DNA from: Gekko japonicus | Taxonomy: Eukaryota | Length of the DNA: 64,000 nucleotides | Direction: 5' to 3' | NCBI RefSeq assembly: GCF_001447785.1 | Contig: NW_015168065.1 | Location: 528,518-592,517 of the forward strand | In this document: piece by piece, positions 26,478-37,204 of the stretch | How positions within the stretch are numbered: position 1 is the first letter of the stretch | Layout of the letters: each line of letters starts with the position of its first letter | Program-made: the position numbers and the translations under genes | Notes under the pieces: generated by a model | What the model saw: the letters and a program-made list of their open reading frames with translations, nothing else | The model's database searches: none | Told to the model about the DNA's origin: nothing

Positions 26478-26780
26478 TGTTAAGCTTCATCCTGGGCAAG
26501 GATCCTAATCACTCAATTCCTATTGGTAGCCCAGGAAGAGCCGACCAATCACCTACCATCCAGTTCCCTGAGAGGGAACGTCTGTGATTGGACATTATTG
26601 TTACAATCCTATTGGTTGTTATGTAAAGTAGGGCATGGCTACATTAGCCTGGGAGAGTTAAAAAGAAGCACAACTGCAGTGCTAATGTTGTTCTGGTTGT
26701 TCTGTTCTGGTTGCGTTCATTAAAGCTGAATCACTTGCTGAAATTACTCTCTGAGTCTTTGTTAAGTAGTCGACTTAACA
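26478..26780 (+). mobile_element. Probable solo LTR (~303 bp)
   Basis: TG…CA ends with 7-bp inverted termini TGTTAAG / CTTAACA, CCAAT/ATTGG boxes, TTAAAAAG TATA-like motif and ATTAAA near the 3' end; no clean TSD. Confidence 0.55.
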
Positions 26781-27169
26781 CCTTCCTTCCTCTCATCAAC
26801 AGTCCCCTCCTCTGTTTTAACAGCCAGTGAGGAATTAGGCTACTTCAGGCTTCTCCAGTGAGAAGAGGAATCACAGGCTGAGGGGATTGGGAACAAGTTT
26901 GAAATCCTCCCATAGAGCATATACAGGGGCTTGAGCAGCACAATTTACCTAGTACCCCACCTCCCATTTTACCCTCTCACTTGTTTTCAATTCTGTGACT
27001 CCTGAAGCATACTCAGTGCTTGTCATGTCATTTTTAGTGTTTATTACACAGCCAAATGTTTCTGCATACTAGGTGAGCTCCCCTTATGTATAAACCTTTA
27101 CCTTCTCTGCGTTGAGCCTAGTTTAGCTGCCTTTGTGGCTGATGTGAGCCATCCAATTTACTGTTACAT

Positions 27170-27612
27170 ACAGAGGCCTGGAAACCTCCTGGAATTACAA
27201 GTTATTTCCAGACTGCAAAGATCAGTTCTCCAGGAGAAAATGGCTGCTTGCAGAGTGAAATCTATAGCATTATACTCCATTGAGGTCCCTCCCTTCCCCA
27301 AACCACTCCTTCCCTAGGTTCCACCTCAAGTTGGTAATCCTAGACAGGGTTGCCAAACCCCTGGTAGAGGTGGGGGTCATTGCTGCCATGCCCTACCCCC
27401 AGGTGATAAGTAGCTGACTTGCAAAGGGGGGAGGGGCTTACCAGGAAATGGCATCTACCATAGAGTTTTCCCCCAAATACCAGAGCGTCACCTGGATGTT
27501 GCTAGCATGCTGACATCACTTCCTGTGCAATGCCAGCAATGAGGCTTAGGGCTTTCTCCATGTAAGCTCTCCCCCCATCTCCTGCCAGTTGCCATCTCTG
27601 CAACCCTAACCC
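27170..27612. mobile_element. Two adjacent TAGGGTTGCCA-family MITE-related elements
   Basis: Body homologous to 20804-21022 at 27170-27342, followed by an AGGGTTGCCA…GCAACCCTA element. Confidence 0.65.
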
Positions 27613-28577
27613 TAGACAGTGAGTGTTGTAGTTAAATGCTTCCATTCTTTGATACTGTTTTCCTGCAAAAGGGCAATAGAAGTGAAGGGCAGTCTAATCC
27701 GAATAATTACTGCCTATTTTGATGTAAGTGTGTAAGGTAATCCTCATTCGGGGGCATTCTGTTGAGTCTGTTGTTTAGTGATGGATGATGAGGATTGCAT
27801 TCAGATTGTAAATGAATGTATTCCTGTCAGGCTATATTTGTGTCAATATTGTTTACTTGTGCTTTATGATTTTATTGTATTTGTCATATTTTAGCATTTT
27901 GTTACCTGCATTGAGCCTTAGGGGAATACATAGGTAGAAAACACATAGGTAAAAAAATATATAGGTAGAAAATCTGCTTCTACAGGTGAAGATTTTTTTA
28001 AAAAAACTTTCAATGCCTTAATAATTAGGTCAGGAAAACAAAAAAATAAGTAAAAGGCATAAATTACGTAGCAGCCAAAGTGTAAAGAGGCATTGACAAA
28101 ATCTATTAACATTCTGAAATTCCCTTTCCTTGCTGGAAGCCAACCATGACAGACCTCGGGGGGGGGGGGACGGGGGGGGGGGGGACACAGATTAATAACA
28201 GAAAACATGGTGACAGACAACCAGTTATTGGATTATATTACAGAAATATTGTTACTGAGTCCTACCAGAAAGCTAGTAATAATTATTTTATACTGGAATT
28301 AGAAACAATTAAATGGGCTTACAAAACAAAAGCAGCCACTCCAAAGAAGGTGGTTGTCATAATTTTGATTTTAATATATTATGTAAACTTTCTATGACAC
28401 CCGACTGCTCATGAGATACCTTCTGCTTCCCCATTCTTACTGTCCCTGACACATAAACATGTTTGTGCAAAGCTGAATGAACCATTAGGTCACACTACTT
28501 GATGATGACAGAAAAGATAATGGAGATATTTTAACTGGTGAGCTATTGCTAAAAAGTCTCCTTTCCCAAATCCAAAT

Positions 28578-29042
28578 AGCCCAGCATATCTTTGAGACCG
28601 CCTCTCCCCATATGAGCCCCAGAGGACACTGAAGTCCACAAATCAACATCATCTAGCAGTCCCTGGTCCCAGGGACATCCAACTAGCCTCGACCAGGGCC
28701 AGGGCTTTTTTGGCCCTGGCCCCCACCTGCTGGGATGAGCTTCCATACGAGATCAGGGCCCTGCGGGATTTATTACAGTTCCACGGGGCCTGCAAGATGG
28801 AGCTCTTCCACCAAGCCTTTGGTTGAGGTGGTGGACATCCCTCTTCCCTCCTGGCTATCTCCCTTCCAGTGGCCTGGATCCAAATAGACATCGGAATACC
28901 CACTGCTGAATTTTTTTAAATAATCTTACATCAGAACTAACTTGTTTACACAGTACTTTATGGTTCTATTGTTTTAAATTGTTATTTTAATGGTTGTTTT
29001 AATGGTATTACATTAAGATTGATGTAAACCGCCCTGAGCCCA
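28578..29042 (+). mobile_element. L2 LINE 3' fragment
   Basis: Homologous to 59090-59340, with the same end CCAAGCCTTTGGTTGA and tail TGTAAACCGCCCTGAGCCC. Confidence 0.88.
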
Positions 29043-30139
29043 CCCACACAAAACATTTTCTTTCCAAAGCCTGCCTCTTAAGAATATGTTAGAAGAAACG
29101 TTTCAGTGTTTAGTTTCAGAGGAACTGTTTGTAGCATCCCAACATTATTTCCTTCAACACGTTCCTACACATCACCTTGATTTTGAATTAGAATTCCACT
29201 CATGTTAGTAAAGAAGCCATCCACTAGACGTTTCATCTCAGTCAGAAACTTATACAAATAAGTCAATATTTAACCAACCTGCTGAAAGCCTATCATTATG
29301 CTCATAATGTACAATAATGGTGATAGTTTAGTATAGGGAGGAGAAGAAGAAATGACTACATCATTTGCAATTTACACACATATAATTTCATTTTCCATCT
29401 TCAGCAGTCACACAGCTTTCATAATTAAAGTGCTTCTATTTCTTCCTGTCCTAGAGATACATCTGTATTCCTTTGACCAAGGGTTTTCTTTTTCTTTCTG
29501 TACCCTTACTTCTTCTCTGTATAGCATAATAAGCATATTCACAGATTAACTGAAAAGTACACACTCCCACTGTCGACAGATTTCTGAGTGTTAGAAAGTT
29601 TAATAAAAGATGTATTATTCTGGTCTGTGCTCACATGACAAACTAAACAAAATTAATGTCATTTTGGCAGGCAAAACAGGGTAGGGGAACGGAATGATTT
29701 TTCGGCAGTATCTCAGTGACTAATGTCCTAATCGGAAATGGTTTGTAGCGAAAACTCTGAGAGACATAATGGATGCTGAATAGCCCAATCCTAACTAGGG
29801 CCTATTACGCATGTGTGTTTCCCATCACTTTCAGCATGCACATCCATCTCTCCCCCCTTTGCATATGTTTTCCTCCCTTTAGTGCTCACTTTGCTTTCTG
29901 TTAGTTCCCCCCCCCCCACATTTTCTGAGACCACTTTTGTGGCAATGTTTTTTTATTTGTTTTGCTTGTGACACTTTTTTTTGTTTTGCTTCCAAGCCAC
30001 AGCGTATCCAAGAGCATAATGTTTTCATTAGATCCCCCCCCAGCCCTTTGCTGCCCCTTGTTGCCTACTACTCCGCCCACATCAAAGTTGTTCTGTCCAT
30101 TCAACCACCTTTCAACATTCCCCATCCATTGCTGTACAG

Positions 30140-30333
30140 CCACTCACTGGAGAAGATCCTGATGCTGGGAAGGGGATGGCAAAGGATGAGATGGTTAGAC
30201 AGTGTTACTGATGCAATGAACATGAAATTCAGCAAACTCCAGAGCACGACGAAAGACAGGAGGGCCTGGCGTGATGTTGTCTATGGGGTCGTGAAGAGTT
30301 GGACTCGACTGTGTGACTGAACAACAACAACAA
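30140..30333 (+). mobile_element. BovB (RTE) 3' fragment
   Basis: SLEKILMLG…QRMRWLDSVTDAMNM…DRRAWRDVVYGVVKSWTRL; tail CTGAA(CAA)n. Confidence 0.9.
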
Positions 30334-30545
30334 CGCTGTGCAGTTGCAATAGAGCAACTGCACAATACAAAACAAAAAAAATTGGCCCAACCACCATGTC
30401 ACAAATGATGTCCCCAGCCTAATTAGGGAAATGTCCATTTTTTTTTTTTGGCTGCAGAATAAATACATCACAATTCAGAAACAAACAAAAACAGAGAAAA
30501 AATAGTGTGAAACGCAAGCACAGAATCAGAGCTGAAGCTTCAAAA

Positions 30546-31525
30546 CATAAGAACATAAGAACATAAGAGATGCCAATGTTGGATCAGGCCAAAGGCCCAT
30601 CCAGTCCAACACTCTGTATCCCACAGTGGCCAGAAATACCAGTGCCATCAGGAGGTCCACCAGTGGGGCCAGGACATTAGAAGCCCTCCCACTGTTGACC
30701 CCCCCCAAGCACCAAGATGACAGAGCATCACTTGCCCCAGAGTCCCTATCTATACCTTGTGGCTAATAGCCACTGATGGACCTCTGCTCCATATGCTTAT
30801 CTAATTCCCTTTTGAAGCCGTCCATGCTTGTAGCCGCCACCACTTCCTGTGGCAGTGAATTCCAAGTGTTAATCACTCTTTGGGTGAAGAAGTACTTCCT
30901 TTTATCCGTTCTAACCCGACCGCTCAGCAATTTCATGGAGTGCCCACGAGTTCTTGTATTGTGAGAAAGGGAGAAAAGTACCTCTTTCTCTACCTGCTCT
31001 TTCCCATGCATAATCTTATAAACCTCAATCATGTCACCCCTCAGTCGTCGTTTCTCCAAGCTAAAGAGCCCTAAGCGCCTTAACCTTTCCTCATAGGGAA
31101 AGTGTTCCAACCCTTTTCTCATTCGAGTTGCCCTTTTCTGCACTTTTTCCAAAGCTATAATATTCTTTTTAAGGTGTGGTGACCAGAATTGCACACAGTA
31201 TTCCAGATGAGGTCGCACCATTGATTTATATAGCGGCATTATGATATTGGCTGATCTGTTTACAATACCCTTCCTAATAATCCCCAGCATAGCATTGGCC
31301 TTCTTTATTGCAGTCACACACTGTCTCGACATTTTCAGTGAGTTATCTACTACAACTCCAAGATCTCTCTCTTGATCAGTCTCTGCCAGTTCAGACCCCA
31401 TCAACGTGTATTTATAGTTAGGATTTTTGGCTCTAATGTGCATCACCTTGCACTTGGCCACATTGAACCCCATTTGCCATGTTGACGCCCACTTGCCTAT
31501 CTTTGACAGATCCCTTTGGAGTTGC
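30546..31525 (-). mobile_element. CR1 LINE, 5'-truncated, young (uninterrupted ORF2 C-terminal ~250 codons)
   Basis: ORF 30763-31584: LQRDLSKIGKWASTWQMGFNVAKCKVMH, ERDLGVVVD, RPHLEYCVQFWSPHLKK and TRGHSMKL; 8-bp tail repeat (TTCTTATG)n at 30546-30570. Confidence 0.95.
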
Positions 31526-31604
31526 CATAAATTGCCCCTGGAGATTTGATTACTATCAAAACCTGTGGTAAGCTGTGCATGCATTACAGGCCTAGGTTTC
31601 TTCC

Positions 31605-31712
31605 TATCTGAAGAAGTGAGCAGTGACTCATGAAGGTATATCCTGCCACAAGTTTTGTTAGTCTTTTTGGTGCTACTGGACTCTTGCTACTGGACTATTG
31701 CTCTTTTCTGCC
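31605..31712 (+). mobile_element. Penelope-like element terminal fragment with degenerate hammerhead motif
   Basis: CTGAAGAAGTGAG..CTCATGAAG..TTGTTAGTCT..GGTGCTACTGGACTC, homologous to 33400-33545. Confidence 0.65.
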
Positions 31713-32029
31713 AGTTTTCCTCAGTAAGACAAGGTAGATTGCAGTAAGACTGTGATAATTCTGATCACCTCACAATAGATACACAGAACTGCCACAGAAG
31801 CAGAAAAGCAGATTCACCTTGAGAAGACGCTGAAGCAAATGCAACTCATTAGAAGGCATTTTCAGTGAGGGAGAGTGAATGGGATTTTATTACATTAGAT
31901 GTGTTTTAATTTAGAATTGTAAGCTGCCTTCAGACACACAAAAAAAGATGAGGAATAAATACATAGCTAGGGTGGACGAACATGCTGGAATTCCCTCTCT
32001 TTTGATGCTAGAAATTGCTGGACAATAGA

Positions 32030-32574
32030 TGTGGTGGTGGTGGAAAGTGCTGTCAAGTTGCAGCCAATTTATGGCAACTCAGTAGGGCAGGGTGCCTGTG
32101 GGTGCCATGGAACCTCTGATATATTTTCGAGTGCCCACTAAGTGTTGTTAGACAGTGTGTGGGGCCAGGTGTGGATTTTGCCTTTCAAGTCTTCTGATTG
32201 ACCCCTGGAGATTACATTGGCTGTGTAGATTTTAAAAAACAAAACAAAAACAGTGCTTTGGCAACACCTGCTACCACAGCACAATCATCTTCAGTGTGTT
32301 ACTGAAGGTAAGCTGCAACAGTCCTTTTGTGGTGGGCTCTGCCACCTGTGGCAGCCAATGTTGTGTCAGAATTGCAAAGGTGCCCATAGGCTCAGAAATG
32401 GCAATGACCCCTGGTATAGTGTTTTCAAGGCAAGAGAAAAACAGAGGTGGTTTTCCAGTGCCAGTTTGTGTATCGTGATCCTGTGGTCTTCCATCCCAAT
32501 ACCAACCAGGGCTGATCCTACTTAACTTCCAAGATCTGACAAGATTGGCTAGCCTGGGCCACTCAGGTAAGGGC
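32030..32574 (-). mobile_element. 5S rRNA-derived SINE (SINE3-like) with RTE-type 3' part, interrupted by a hAT-like MITE at ~32088-32413
   Basis: Minus strand of 32484-32574 (CCAATCTTGTCAGATCTTGGAAGTTAAGTAGGATCAGCCCTGGTTGGTATTGGGATGGAAGACC) aligns to 5S rRNA CCGATCTCGTCTGATCTCGGAAGCTAAGCAGGGTCGGGCCTGGTTAGTACTTGGATGGGAGACC; followed by AAACCACCTCTG..CTTGCCTTGAAAAC. Confidence 0.75.
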
Positions 32575-32807
32575 CAATAGATTCCAGAAAAACCTCCCAT
32601 GCTTGAGAGGAGACGGATGGAGTGTAATGACAGACTCTCAGCTAATTACTGTCAGCATTCCACAATTAAGGATACATCTCCCCCTCAATCTCTAATTTTG
32701 ACATATTTCCTTCACTATGTTTCCTCCTGAAATTAAACCCAAACAATGGGAACCATATAAACAAAGCTTGTTTTTCCTGTTTGGTCCTTGAATCTGTTAA
32801 ACATCTT

Positions 32808-33351
32808 CCCACCCACCCAGCAGTTTGAAAGCCCGAATGGGCGAGTAGATGAATGGGTACCTGCTCTTAAAGCGGGGGGGCACCCTTCCTTCCCTTCATG
32901 GTGGTGTGGCGGTGATTGAGGAACGGCGAAACGGCGGCAGCGAAACATGGCAGCGGCAGCAATAGCGGCGAGGCGAGCAGCTCGAGTAGAGATTGGGCCG
33001 GCAAAGCGCGGTGGCGGGGCAACGCAGCAGGCCAGAGCCAATTGGGACAGAGGCCGGCTGGGGTAGCACGCGCCGTCGTGCGCTGTGGGTCCATACCCAG
33101 AAGAAGCCGCTGCGATCGCAAGGAAAACCTGCGCCAGAAAGACGTCATCGCCCGGACTGAAGAACCTCCGTAAGAAACAACAACAACTAAGACCCTGCCA
33201 TGGGTGCCTGATAGGTAGTCCCTTCCCCTCATTGTGTGTGTGGCCCTAGTAAAGGTAATGTAATTAATATTTGTACAGTGTAAATCGCTCAGAGCCCTTA
33301 GGGGGTGAGCAGTCTATAAATTGAATGTTAAATAAATAAAAAATGAATAAA
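32808..33351 (+). mobile_element. CpG-rich, 5'-truncated SINE-like element with Sauria-like central domain and L2-type tail
   Basis: CCACCCAGCAGTTTGAAAGC..GAGTAGATGAATGGGTACC domain, CpG-rich body, tail TGTAAATCGCTCAGAGCCC..TATAAATTGAATG(TAAA)n. Confidence 0.6.
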
Positions 33352-33399
33352 TTATGCTGTATGCTGATTTACTGCTCAACCTCCACCTATATGTATGGA

Positions 33400-33545
33400 T
33401 TGGTAATTTCCATTTCATTGTATCTGAAGAAGTGTGCATGCACATGAAAGCTTATACCTTGAATAAAACTTTATTGATCTTAAAGGTGCCACTGGACTCA
33501 AACTTTGTTCTGCTGCATCAGACCAACATGGCTACCCACCTGAAA
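33400..33545 (+). mobile_element. Penelope-like element terminal fragment
   Basis: CTGAAGAAGTGTGCATGCACATGAAAGCTTATACC..AATAAAAC..TCTTAAAGGTGCCACTGGACTC..AGACCAACATGGCTACCCACCTGAA, a typical reptile Penelope terminus. Confidence 0.75.
33419..33458 (+). ncRNA. Minimal type-I hammerhead ribozyme motif (Penelope-associated)
   Basis: GTAT-CTGAAGA-A-[GTGTGC AT GCACAT]-GAAA-GC-TT|ATAC: conserved core, helix II hairpin, palindromic AGCT helix III and 4-bp helix I. Confidence 0.6.
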
Positions 33546-36500
33546 ATAAAATACTGTTGCATACTATGTAGAATTCATTTACGGAACTCATTTCCACAAA
33601 ATGTGATGATGGAAGCCATTTTACATGGCTTTAAAAGAACATCCAGCAAAATGCATACATGACATGCTACCTTTAAGGATTGAATTGTATATAATCATAG
33701 CTTTACTTAGAAATTACATGGGTTAGCCTCTGTTACCAAGTGGGGGAAATAACTGGTGATAGGAGATAGGGAAGGCGAGCGGCAGCGGTCGGGGGGAGGC
33801 GAGCGGCGGTTGGGTGACCCTCCTCCCAGCCTGGTTCTGGCGGAGAGGTCTCCAGGCCCCGCTGGGAGGTTGGCATCTGCACTCGCCAAGAGCGCAGGAC
33901 AACCTCGGGCCGGCCCTGGGTGTATGGCTAAAAGTGGCCTTAATATAGAGCACTGGATACTGTGCTACTATATCACTAAATCACACACACAGCATTTTGG
34001 CTGAGCGCAGGGTGATGAACTGGCCCATCCTGGGCTGTTATCTTTGTTTGGAGAAGCAGCTGCAGTAGTCAAAGCTCCACAAGGGATGCCTGGCAGTCCA
34101 ACAACAACAGTTCCTTCAGTTCAAAAGCTGCTGCCTCCAGCCCCCTCCTCCTCCTCCTGAACAGCTTCTTTCCAGGTCTCCAGCAGCCACCATGTTAGGT
34201 CAGGATGGTAAGGCTCAGCTGAGGGAACCCACAGTCCATCACCTCTACCTCCTGATGCATATGGAAATGCAAGCACCCCTGCTTCCTGGCTCCTCCCCCT
34301 CCCTTCAACATGGGGCTCATGGAGCAGATACGGAGGGTCTGATCTCTCCAGACATGGGGGAAGATGTGATGTGGTCTCTTGTTGGTCCCTCTTTGGAGCA
34401 GGTAGCATGAGTTGCAGCAAGGTTGGCTCCTCGGGCCTTGAAGCGGAAGCATGAGCACCCTCCACCTGTTCTCTAGGAAAAGAGGAAGTAGAAGCAGGAA
34501 GCGAGGGGGCTCACCACTTCCCCTGGAGTCAGCAGCTCACCAAAAGCAGGTGAGAGTCCTGAGCACTTCCCCACGACCTTTCCCCTCCTGTCTGCCCCTT
34601 CCTGGTGATAGAAGGGGAGATGCTTTGATGGTGCCTGGAGAGTACTAGGCCCTGCATGCCTCCTCAAGTTTTTGCCTTTTCCTTAGGCACTGGGCACCCC
34701 ATTATGCTTCTTGCCTGTGCATGCAGCTGGCAAGTCATGGCGGTAGTTGGGCCTCCCCCATCCTCCTTCTTTTGTATTCACTCTCATTTGTAGAAACTTT
34801 TACTATAACTGCCTCTTGATTTTTAATGTTAAATGAAAAATTTAAATGAAATCCAGACTTCAAATTTTAAATGAAATTAACACTTCAAATGAACCATTGC
34901 GGAGAAGATAAAAGGTGGAGAAATGGAGAGGTTGTAAGACCTCTTTGCTGGCCTCTTTGCTTTGTGAAGATCCATTGGGGGGAAGAGCAATGAAAACTGA
35001 ACAGGAGTGGGAGAGTCCAAATCACAGAGGCATCAGGAACCACTCAAAGTATGACCATCTGAGTTAAAAGTTTGCTGGGCAATGAACAGAACTTCTGCAA
35101 CAAAACAAATGCTTAAACTTAGTTGGCATCTTTGCTTTCTGAAGAGCTATAGGTGGGAAGAGCAATTCAGACTTCAATTTAATCATTGCAGAGAAGATAA
35201 AAGCTGAGCACAGAAAACTTTTCTGGTCATACTAACATTTTTATGAAAACAAGAACAATTCAGTGAACTAAATCTTCTCCTAGAAGTTTGTGGAGCTTTC
35301 CAAGCCTCAAGTGCTGACTGAGAGAGAGGTTTTTACAAAGTTATGGTAATAATCTTCTAAAAAACTAATTTATGCAATAGTCAAATGTAGACTCGCTCAG
35401 TACTTTAATGCTAGTAGCTCTTATGGCTCACCAAGTAGAATTTTTGCTTACAACACTCCACATTGGTGGCTGCTGTTGAACAGTAGTAAGCAGCTGGGCC
35501 TTGATGAGTCATGCAAGCCAGGTAGTAGCAAACAGCCCCCTGGTTGCTGAAGGGATTGTTTCACTCCAAACAAGTGCAGGGTGGCATGAGATGGTACTGT
35601 GCATGGTCTGGTAATGTACAACCGTCATTGTCACCATGTTATGATGCCTAGAATAGTTTCCAGTTGATAGGAATCAAAGATTTTATACCCTGCCAGTATA
35701 AGTATGAAGCTCTGTCTTTGTTTACATTGGGTCATGGTGAATTTTAAGGTTAAAATTTAGTCTTTTCAAGTTTTAATTGTATTTTTTTTCATTCTAGTCT
35801 AGTTATTATAACATTATTTAATACTTGTGGATGCTTGATGCTAAATAGGCAAGGAAACAGCATGTTTTTCCAGTGTGATATAAAGAAAACAAAGTTGGTG
35901 TGTGACCAGTAGTTCATCTGGCAGGTCTGCAGGTTTAGCTTACCTCAGATACATTTTGTACACACAGCAGGCCTAAGTTTAATAATTTCAATTTTGTGCA
36001 TTAGTTTCTGCTTTGTATATATATGTTTGTGGATTTTTCTAGGGAGGGGATCCATAGCTTTTGTCTGATTCTCAAAGATGTCCATGATCCCCCACAAAAA
36101 AGGTTAAGAACCACTGATATAGAGAATAAAAAAGAATGAATGATTTTGCAAGTTAAGTGAAACTCCTAAGGAAAAATAATAAGGCTCACCTTTCAATCGC
36201 TTGTTCTTTTTGTATGAGTTTCAAGGATTGCTTAAAATGATTCATCATGAGTTCAAGCATATCACATTTCACTTCTTCCAATATATGCAGCATTTTTAAT
36301 ACTTGTGATTTATGTCATGTGGGTTTTATTTATTGGTTTCATATGGGGTTTGAGATTATAAATGTACCTCTCCCGCTCATACATATGCAGAAGAAAGTTA
36401 TGAACCAACGAGTGACATTTTTACTCATATTCTGGATATGAAATAATAATTCAAATCTTGTGTCCTTTTGTCATAATATAAGCATAGTGAAGTGCTGCAT

Positions 36501-37204
36501 GCCTGTTTCTTCACATTGTGCAATCCAGCTATGCATCTGTAGCAATTACTCAGAAAACAGTTCTATGGGAAATTTTTGTTACTTAACTGTAGACACTGTA
36601 GTCTTGGTTGCTTTCTATATGTGAGTCCATAGAAGGGGAGGGGGGTTGGCCACAGCTCACACAATTATTCCCTTAAGGTGGTAGCCACTTATTCTCCACC
36701 CAGGGACCATGGAGGGGCAAGGGGTCCTCAGGAACAGAGTAACATATGGCATGGCATGGGTGCTACAGCAGGAAGAATTGCAGAAACCAATTGGCCCCTA
36801 CACAGAGACATGTGTGCAAGGTCTTTTTCTCTCTACAGAACTTATTCTGCTCACACAAGGCTGCAAAGGAATCTCTGCTGATTATCCTTCCACGTTGTAT
36901 CTCCCAGCTTTTCAGAGGAGGAAGGAAACTGGAAACAGAAAGGAGAGGAGGAACAAATCCCTTTCACAAACACTCTGAACTTCAGCACCCAAGGGTAAAG
37001 ACAACATTAGAAATTATCTATGAATATGCATGACTTGATCACTGACTTGGCATTGTTAATCAACATACAGATTAAAGGAAGGAGATGTCTCTACAGCCAC
37101 TTAGAATGCTTAGAGCACTGGAGTAATTTTTATTTATACACATCCACACATATATGCATATACATATAAATAATACATATAATTTTATATATATACACAT
37201 ATAT

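Larger units (their letters stand above)
29796..31594. mobile_element. Possible old non-autonomous DNA element hosting BovB and CR1 insertions
   Basis: Imperfect inverted ends TAGGGCCTATTACGCATG / CATGCATTACAGGCCTA. Confidence 0.4.

Noticed and set aside
30763-31584. 273-aa ORF as a host gene
   Set aside because: It is CR1 ORF2 C-terminal sequence; the start codon lies outside the element.
32484-32574. Functional 5S rRNA gene
   Set aside because: Diverged, incomplete and fused to a retroposon body.
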